A stretch of DNA of 7,708 nucleotides from Amoeboradix gromovi X-113 (lineage: Eukaryota; Fungi; Sanchytriomycota): contig JADGIF010000495.1 in NCBI GenBank assembly GCA_018985225.1, positions 1 through 7,708 on the forward strand, written 5' to 3'. A model generated the notes under the pieces. That model ran no database searches. It worked only from the letters and a program-made list of their open reading frames with translations, and had not been told where the DNA came from. This document shows, one piece after another, positions 1 to 7,086 of this stretch. How positions within the stretch are numbered: position 1 is the first letter of the stretch; each line of letters begins with the position of its first letter. The translations under genes and the position numbers were made by a program.

Positions 1-313
1 TGCAAGACCTTGTAAATCTAATGTGGACTTTGTTCTAGTCAATGAAGATTACACATCCAAGCATTGTAGTGTTTGCAAGTCTTTTATTGACAAACGATAT
101 GATACAAACGAAACTGTTAATAAACGATAAAACAGAAAAATTCGTCTAAGAAAATGCACCTTTTGCTCAGGCGCTTTTAGACCTTGTTACTTTCAACGAG
201 ATACTGGGTCTTCTTGTTTTAATTTAAAGAGGAATAGATTTATTAAAAACAATCTCTTCTCCGTATGTGGTACCTCCTTAAAAATAACTTGGTCTAGTTT
301 TTACAGTGTCCCA
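1..313 (+). mobile_element. 3' end of a Fanzor-carrying DNA transposon, copy A
   Basis: Contains the Fanzor remnant. 241-313 aligns with the reverse complement of 7593-7670, and similarity ends abruptly after GTGTCCCA (306-313), which defines the element boundary. Confidence 0.75.
2..281 (+). pseudogene. Degenerate C-terminus of a Fanzor/TnpB-family (OMEGA) RuvC + zinc-ribbon nuclease, 5'-truncated by the window edge
   Basis: Frame +2 reads ARPCKSNVDFVLVNEDYTSKHCSVCKSFIDKRYDTNETVNKR*NRKIRLRKCTFCSGAFRPCYFQRDTGSS. This matches the TnpB/Fanzor signature V(D/N)ExxTSxxCxxC...CxxC...RD, with the RuvC-III Asp at 200-202. There is an in-frame TAA at 128-130. The tail is probably frameshifted (DLLKTISSPYVVPP*, stop 279-281), so the 3' coordinate is approximate. 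Confidence 0.85.
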
Positions 314-330
314 AATGAATAGTTATTAGA
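241..330 (+). ncRNA. Putative, probably decayed Fanzor omegaRNA: scaffold ~241-313 plus guide from the flank (~314-330)
   Basis: Inferred from its position (end of Fanzor ORF to element end), conservation with copy B, and a stem 267-274/305-312 enclosing TAAAAA...TTTTTA. No expression evidence; the 5' boundary is a guess. Confidence 0.45.
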
Positions 331-416
331 CTTATACATTCAATTTACTCCTTTAATCATGGCGCAATTTCTGATTTAATGCAATCAAGTTACTCAAATT
401 CATTTAAAACTCTGAG

Positions 417-571
417 TTGTTGAAATTGAGAGGCATAGCTATTTAGATCATTCTTCTCCATTATAAAAATATACAGTAACTGTTCATAGCACCAGATGTG
501 ACACATTCTTTAAAAAACCAGTGCCAACACTAGACATTTTGTATCAAAATTTCAAAATAAATATTTGGTGT
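417..571 (+). repeat. Possible third, diverged tandem copy of the element 3' end (copy C)
   Basis: Colinear anchors shared with A and/or B: TTGTT..AATT..AGAGG.ATAG, TCTTCTCC, AGCACC, CTTTAAAAA, ACTAG, ATATTTGGTGT. Several gaps are needed and the DNA is AT-rich. Confidence 0.35.
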
Positions 572-908
572 AACTATTCCCTGTATTAAAAACATGCCAT
601 TATTATTGACACTACAAAAACAATTCCAAGTAAATTATCGCTATTGTTCTATAAAAACTAGCGGCTGAAGCATGAGTAGCTGCTAAAACTGTTTGATTAT
701 CTTTGTCAGTTTCTGTGCCTATTCTTGATTTTCTCATAGGCAAGAACATTTACCACCAAGAAGCTGTGAAATAAACCATATATTGCGCTTAAATACGCGC
801 ACTTTTTGGTACTGGAATGGCTAATAAACTACAATACACTATTGGTCCAGCATCAGAACATTCTGTTTGAATTCATACAAAATTGAATTCTGTCATTTTT
901 AATTAAAT

Positions 909-2219
909 ATGGTCGCGAGTATTATCGCGTTGGACGGCTGCTTGAGCACGCCAACGGGATCGGTATCAGGAACTGGCAAGATATATGTTAGGAATGATTT
1001 GGATTCTGATTTTACATTTATAAACGTATTTGGAATCCCCGTTACTATTACATCAGGCTCTACAGTTATTATGAGAACAAATCCAAATTATTTATTTAAC
1101 TTCACAAATGGAAAAATTAATATGATGGTTGTATTCGATGGTCTTGCAGCAAACACGATCGAATTATCCACACTCCCAATTTGCACAACAAAGAACCTTT
1201 GCAATCAGCCGCTTACATATACCGACTCTACCAACGAACCAGTGTTTAAAGTGTCTGTAGACGTAGGAGAACTGGGATTGAGCGATTTCATAATTTCAAA
1301 GGTAGTGCCGGGACCAAGTTTAAGCGCAGTTCCTATAAGTAAAATAGCCAACGTGATATCATTTATCACAAATATCAAAGAATTCATGGTTATTAATACA
1401 GCCTCAAGCAAGTTAGAAAGGAGATTAGGCTTTATAGAGGGGGGCTTCTACAATCTAACCGATATTGCTTACTGCTATGATTCGCAAACACAATTTACCA
1501 AATTCTCATCAAAAGAATATGCAGCAACCAAAAGTATAACTTTTTCAAAAGTGATCAGTCACCAGCCATTAACAATCTCAGCTACTGAAGAATTATTAGT
1601 GTTCAATACTATTTCTGAATATTCGTTGGATTACGAAATGCTTACAATTGCTGGCCCTAAAACAAGAAAAGTTTCTGCTACACCACCCAAGTCTGCAGCC
1701 ACTAGTAAAAAGTCGACTTTGTCCAAGAGTAAAGCTACGCAACCAATAGAAGTATCAAGTGCAGTTGACGGTATAAACACGGCTATACCTGACAGGGCAA
1801 ATGAATTCTTTCCGAGTTCTAATGCAACGGCAGCACAATGGGCGTCTTCTAATTTTGCATTAAGCATTTACGCAGTCATATTCATAATTATAGTTTGCCT
1901 GTATATTTATACTCGCATAAAAAAGGAAAAAAACAACGATAACTCAAACTTGGTAGTTAGACCAGTTGTCGTGATGAGAGTAGATCCTATAACGCGTAAA
2001 CCAATAGAGAACGACCCAAATCGAATATTGAAAACCGCTCAAGAAATTGAAACAGAAAGAGAAGAAGCAGCTAAAATGAGAAACATACAGGATGCTTACA
2101 ACAATTCAGTGTTGCGCACATCCTTGGGAGATGAATATTCATCTGGAGAAATAATGGAGAGCAAGTTTGAAGTGTTCTCTGATAATCCTGTTGGTAGAAG
2201 ACTTCAAATAAATAAATAA
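909..2219 (+). CDS. Hypothetical single-pass membrane protein, 436 aa: beta-rich ectodomain, S/T/K-rich stalk, TM helix, charged tail
   Basis: Long uninterrupted ORF; ATG in A-rich context. TM FALSIYAVIFIIIVCLYIY (1854-1910) is followed by basic TRIKKEK. N-glycosylation sequons NFT, NLT and NAT lie N-terminal to the TM. AATAAA repeats overlap the stop. Family not recognised. Confidence 0.85.
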   Translation: MVASIIALDGCLSTPTGSVSGTGKIYVRNDLDSDFTFINVFGIPVTITSGSTVIMRTNPNYLFNFTNGKINMMVVFDGLAANTIELSTLPICTTKNLCNQPLTYTDSTNEPVFKVSVDVGELGLSDFIISKVVPGPSLSAVPISKIANVISFITNIKEFMVINTASSKLERRLGFIEGGFYNLTDIAYCYDSQTQFTKFSSKEYAATKSITFSKVISHQPLTISATEELLVFNTISEYSLDYEMLTIAGPKTRKVSATPPKSAATSKKSTLSKSKATQPIEVSSAVDGINTAIPDRANEFFPSSNATAAQWASSNFALSIYAVIFIIIVCLYIYTRIKKEKNNDNSNLVVRPVVVMRVDPITRKPIENDPNRILKTAQEIETEREEAAKMRNIQDAYNNSVLRTSLGDEYSSGEIMESKFEVFSDNPVGRRLQINK

Positions 2220-2290
2220 ATGTATTTCACTTGAACCTTTTTTTAAATTGCAAGCGTGATTTATGGCTGGCTGAGTGGGTAATAGTAACT

Positions 2291-3313
2291 ATGTCAAAAA
2301 AACTTTCTACTGCTTCTCCTCATGGGTATAACTCCGCAGCAACAGCTGGTAACATTCACACTTCAAGAACTGAACTCTTCAGCACTTTAACTAAACAAGA
2401 AGGTAGTGCGACACCAACGAAATCAGCATTAAGTTTTACAACCTCAATGGTGAACTCTGGAAATCAAGCAATAATTTTGGATCTAGGAGTTTTAGGATTT
2501 ACAGTAGGTATAGCTGCTATCTTACTTTTCATCGCGTTACTTGGTTTGATTCGTTGGAGACAGAATCAGAATTTTAGGAATGCGGAGAAATCATATGCCA
2601 TTGCTCAAAAAACCAGATTAAATATAAGGCTATCAGAGCAACAGCTGAATGACGAAAGATCCACTAAGTACGATAGACGTGTGACACTTACCAAGAATTC
2701 GATGCTGTTTCCATCTGGTTATCCATCTGGTTATGAAAGTAGATCCTCAGCCAAGGACTCCATTAGTATTTATTTGAAAAGAGAATCAATGAGTGAGCCT
2801 AGTACTCCAGTTCCGATTGCGTCATACATTAAACGTGATTCAATATCCACAAACGGAACAACTCAAGATCGCACACACTCAGTGATAGAAACTGTCGGCA
2901 GTTTAAACAATTTTGGGTATCTATCAGATATCGCACCTCAACCCGTACCTCCACAAGTTATCGCTTCAAACAACTTCTCACTGAATGAGCGTAGATCTTC
3001 TAAAACAGAATCTATAACATCCCATTCGCTTATTGTTAAAAGTGTGTCTAGCAGTGGGTCGATGTTTACTCCACAGTACGAACGAAGAACCTCCAAAGCA
3101 GAATCTGCAGCAATGAGTAAACGAGGGTCAATTGCCGAAAATTCAATTTTAGCTGCCCGCCGCCATTCTTCTCAAGCATACGAAACCTCCAAGACATTGA
3201 ATACTGTAATTGTCGATGCTGTTCAGGTCTTGAATGCTGAGATTGAGTTAAACAGTCAGGAAGCAGATAAAAGAAGAAAAAGCAGCAGTCAACATCCATT
3301 AGATTTGTTATAA
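2291..3313 (+). CDS. Hypothetical single-pass (signal-anchor) membrane protein, 340 aa, with a long Ser-rich disordered tail
   Basis: First ATG is at 2291; the track's TTG start at 2231 is unlikely in a eukaryote. S/T-rich N-terminus, TM LGVLGFTVGIAAILLFIALLGLI (~2483-2551) followed by RWR, and a tail rich in (R/K)Rx(S/T) motifs. Confidence 0.85.
   Translation: MSKKLSTASPHGYNSAATAGNIHTSRTELFSTLTKQEGSATPTKSALSFTTSMVNSGNQAIILDLGVLGFTVGIAAILLFIALLGLIRWRQNQNFRNAEKSYAIAQKTRLNIRLSEQQLNDERSTKYDRRVTLTKNSMLFPSGYPSGYESRSSAKDSISIYLKRESMSEPSTPVPIASYIKRDSISTNGTTQDRTHSVIETVGSLNNFGYLSDIAPQPVPPQVIASNNFSLNERRSSKTESITSHSLIVKSVSSSGSMFTPQYERRTSKAESAAMSKRGSIAENSILAARRHSSQAYETSKTLNTVIVDAVQVLNAEIELNSQEADKRRKSSSQHPLDLL
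2711..2734 (+). repeat. Perfect 12-bp tandem duplication (CCATCTGGTTAT x2; PSGY-PSGY) inside the CDS
   Basis: Read directly from the sequence; it preserves the frame. Confidence 0.95.
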
Positions 3314-4208
3314 AAAGTAAACTCATTTTTACATCACATCTTTATGAAGCCAATGTGTATTGTCTGGTGAGTGTAACATAAACTGGTTGCGTACCGAAAT
3401 CTCTGTACTTGCAGTTGAGCCAATTCAGTTTCTATTCTTTCTGGAGCAAACAAGATCGTTTCAATTGATTCGCTAAAATATCGCATTTACAACTTTCAAT
3501 GAAGAGACATCACTAGTTTCAAAACTAAGTAGCTAGCTGATAAAGTTTACTGTTGGTTTAGGTTTTGATAAAATTTACTTAAGAACATCTAGCTTTATTT
3601 TATTGTGACTCATCCAGCAGTCTAATGGTAGAGCTCCTTTGACCTGAATTTGAGGAACACAATACTCTCATTGTTACGACGGAAGATGCCACCAAAGATC
3701 AGCTTCTATAAAAAAGAGACCATGCAGGTGAACATACCAAGCTATTTCAACTACTCTTAAGCAGGAACGTGCTCACAGAATCCAATTGAGGCTGTTAAGC
3801 CAATGAACAATCTTGAGTTCATTGTCTAACTAAGAATGATTGATCAGCCTGGCATAGAAACAGTTATGCTTAAACTGTTGGGCCTAAAGCATAGGTAATA
3901 AAATATGTGATTTGTCCATTTTTACAATAGGCGTCGAGGGCTTTACATTTTGTGCTAATATAAAAATTTTACTTACATCTTGCGACCATTATTCGGTGCC
4001 AATCCAAAAGTAATCTGTTTCATCCCATTTGCGAAGTATGCCCAACTTCAAGTAAAGAAATAATTCAAAAGTTTTATGGTTAGTCAGACTAAACATTTGA
4101 AACTGCGTATTTTTACGGTGACCTCAACCCAAAGAGCACTTGTTGCTAATAGCTACATGAACGCCAGAGTAGTTCGGGAATAATTTTTCCCCTTTAAAAC
4201 ATAAATTC

Positions 4209-4589
4209 ATGTCGAAGCTTCCTTCAACAATTTCGCTATCACAGCTACACTTGCAATGGAAAACGTTAGAAGACAACACTAAGAAACAGACGCTAGCTCA
4301 TCTGAACGAAATTCAAAAAATGCCTTGGTCAAATCTATCAAAGGTGCAAAAGCAAGCTATTTATTTTACTCAATTCGGTCCACACGGTAAAAGACAGCAG
4401 TTGCCAAAGGGTCATTATACGAAAGTTATTGCTGGTACCATCGGAATTCTTGGATTAGCAGGTTTAGCATTTCTAGGCATGAGATCAACTTATACCTACC
4501 CAGAGACTATGACTAATAAGGATTGGGTCGAGAAGCAAGAAGAGTACGCTATTTCCCAAAATGCAGACCCTATTTCAAGAGCAAATTGA
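4209..4589 (+). CDS. COX5: Cytochrome c oxidase subunit IV family protein (fungal Cox5-like), 126 aa
   Basis: Motifs match yeast Cox5/mammalian COX4: QKMPWSNLSKVQKQAIYFTQFGPHGKR, one TM helix (VIAGTIGILGLAGLAFLGM), PETMTNKDW...EY...NADPI. AATAAA at 4594-4599 just after the stop. Confidence 0.93.
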   Translation: MSKLPSTISLSQLHLQWKTLEDNTKKQTLAHLNEIQKMPWSNLSKVQKQAIYFTQFGPHGKRQQLPKGHYTKVIAGTIGILGLAGLAFLGMRSTYTYPETMTNKDWVEKQEEYAISQNADPISRAN

Positions 4590-5698
4590 ATTTAATAAAC
4601 TTTTCATTAAAAGACCTAGTTTTCGAACAAAATTGGGAATCTTCAAAGGGAGACTGATAAAGCTAGTCGCTCCGTTACCGAGGTTTTCACGCACGCTTCC
4701 ACTACGTTGAGGCCGGACTGAATTGGGGTCATATATTTCAAGCCTATGATCTCTATATACATACAAACAACCATTTCTAATGACTTTAATAATTCATGTG
4801 CCCGTCAAGTCGTTAAAAAATGATTTGCCTGCATTTTGAAAGCGAAACCTTGTTTATTGGATGAGAGTCTTATATATAAGAGGATCTCTTCTTAAGCAGA
4901 TGTGGAAATATCAAATGATTTTAAACCTGTTAAAAATTGTAATTAAATGTCAATCCTGGTGTTGAGAGACATGTAATAGGTCTTGAGGAATGTTATGATC
5001 ATTGTATACTCAACACATTCTTTAGAATTAAGAATTCAGGAATTGTTTGCAGTTGATTAAAAGAAGGAATACCGAGGTTTATGCAGCCAAAAAAGTCCAG
5101 AAAGAGAGCAAAGCGGAACGATATGGCTCATGTTATCACAGTAAATGATTTATTTATTTAAATTCCACAGTGATCTATAGGAAAGATATGAGCGCTATTT
5201 AACTACAGGGCAGATTCTGGATATATTGCACTTGTACAAAACTTTGCTTTCAGTGTTCAACTTTGAGAAACTTTCAGGGTGTGCAAATCCGAAATGGGCT
5301 CGGAAATCCACCTTGCCCACCAAACTTCACAACATCAATGCGATTAAGCTTGCAAAGTACTCCCTATGGGCTTGCTGACTCATTGCTAAACTTCAGCATA
5401 TTTCAGAAGTTGCAGTATTTTCAACTTTTGCGAGCTATCCCATTTGACAAGCATTTTTGAAGAGTTTCTCTGCAAACACATGGAAGATGCACTACGAAAG
5501 TAGGCATGAGAAAAAAGAGATACCGAATTAGAGGTCCGAATGTCTATCAAAAAGGAACTAAAGCAATGGTCGAATTTAGAAACAATCAGATGCACAAGAT
5601 CGCTATTTATTGAACTAGCAATCAAGCTCTGTCGAGATGCAAAATAATAGCATCTGCGTAGCCCCATTACCATCTAAAATGGCTTAAGCAAATTTGTT

Positions 5699-5905
5699 TT
5701 ATTGATCGTAATCTGGTGGATTGTCATAAGTAGGAGGAGGAAGATCTCTTCCATCATTCATGGCAGTGATACAAATCAGGTGCGCCTTTTGGAGACTCTC
5801 TAGTTCCACTTCAGAGGAAGACTCGGCACCATTAGCATTGTCTGACTTAGCGCGGTCCAACAATGATCCTCTGGTAAACATCGAAAACCGGCTTTTGTGC
5901 AACAT
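5699..5905 (-). CDS. Small hypothetical protein (68 aa) or terminal exon, with two C-terminal PPxY motifs
   Basis: Ends ...DLPPPTYDNPPDYDQ*. ATG context AAAAC-ATG; GC higher than the flanks; the stop overlaps AATAAA. Confidence 0.6.
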   Translation of the reverse strand: MLHKSRFSMFTRGSLLDRAKSDNANGAESSSEVELESLQKAHLICITAMNDGRDLPPPTYDNPPDYDQ

Positions 5906-6231
5906 GTTTTAAGTGATTTTTCGCCTTGCAAGTTAAATTTGTTCCAATCACGGAAGTGATAACAGTTCGATTAAACTTTCACTTACTCCAGCTAAACTAC
6001 GCGATTACTCAGTATGAGCGCATATCTTGGTTTTCTGTGATATGAGACAGTGAAAAGCGTGTATTTTAGACAACTAGAAAACTGCCATCGATTTTAATTG
6101 AGTATACCGCTTACAATAATACAGGAGTGACCACTGTACTGAGTTATCTTGTTAGTTTCTCTGTGGGAGTTCTTGTTTTTACGTAAGCAGGTCTTTCATT
6201 GAGGAGATTCAGCTTAACTCTCTGTTTTTAA

Positions 6232-6717
6232 AATGCTTACGACAACTCAGAAACCAAATTGAAGACCACAGATTGGACATTCTTATTGCCACACAATCCA
6301 ATTCATCGTGATGACTCTGAGTTGATTGCCATAATTAGAGAGGACATAGAAAGAAGTGAGGATAGCATCCTGACAATACTGACAGATCCCGTGATGCATA
6401 AAGAAGCCGTTGCTCAGTTCTACGACAACTTGAAGTTGCTATTTGGTGTGGAGTTGGGAAGGTTCAAAGAGTTTATTGAAGGGCACCGAATGAGTCAAGT
6501 GCATAACTCTCTGTTTGACCTGTTGCGTGCTGCAAATGGTAATGAAGAATCTCGTGAGCTCTTCTTTACGTTTGTTGACGACTTCTTTCCAAAATACTCA
6601 ACTAGCAGCAGCAAAACACAAGCTGTTTACAGTAAACTGGCAAAGAATATAAGAAATGTACCGCTCTCCATGTTGTTTTTGGCACACAAAAAGTTGAGAG
6701 GCCCTGTAGGTCAATGA
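6232..6717 (+). CDS. Hypothetical alpha-helical protein exon or pseudogene fragment; start not resolved
   Basis: Open frame 6232-6717 with protein-like composition, but no ATG until 6394. Candidate intron upstream (GTAAGC 6183 ... CAG 6250) and a possible short intron near the stop (GTAGGT 6706 ... CAG 6733). Confidence 0.6.
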   Translation, partial: NAYDNSETKLKTTDWTFLLPHNPIHRDDSELIAIIREDIERSEDSILTILTDPVMHKEAVAQFYDNLKLLFGVELGRFKEFIEGHRMSQVHNSLFDLLRAANGNEESRELFFTFVDDFFPKYSTSSSKTQAVYSKLAKNIRNVPLSMLFLAHKKLRGPVGQ

Positions 6718-7086
6718 GTATTTGTTTTGACAGACTCTTGCCAACCGTTTAAATAAATTAATAACAACAAATAGAGCAAGCGCAATAGTTTATGTAAACA
6801 GTTTACCATCACAGCCGTTCTAGCCACATAAAATCTTATTCCAACATCAAAATCAGTAGTGCCATGGACCAAACTTTGCATTGGTTAGATACGGCAAATA
6901 AGAGAAGCACTTGAAGTGGCTGCTCATGAGATGTGCTGAAAAAAACGGGCCACTAGTCGGAGAAGACACGCAACCCTGCATGCTGCTATCAAGATACCAA
7001 GTGGGTTTTGGTACAGCAAGCAAAGCGCTATGCTCATTGCGAGCTCTAGTCCCTTATCCAAGTGCAAATAAATGAATTTATTGGCT

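Noticed and set aside
279-303. Helitron 3' end (hairpin plus CTAG)
   Set aside because: The CTAG lies inside the hairpin arm, and homology between the copies continues ~15-20 nt beyond it.
1205-1867. Minus-strand ORFs 1205-1411 and 1631-1867
   Set aside because: Antisense shadows of the 436-aa CDS with no independent features.
2231-2290. TTG-initiated N-terminal extension of the second ORF
   Set aside because: Eukaryotic context; the ATG at 2291 has A at -3 and is the more likely start.
3066-3326. 86-aa minus-strand ORF
   Set aside because: Overlaps the real CDS antisense and has atypical composition.
4575-4766. 63-aa minus-strand ORF
   Set aside because: Short, overlaps the COX5 stop and has no recognisable motif; a terminal exon cannot be excluded but is unsupported.
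5263-5673. ORFs 5263-5460 (+) and 5386-5673 (-) as intact genes
   Set aside because: The first has a non-ATG start and both have shadow-like composition; a decayed plus-strand gene explains them better.
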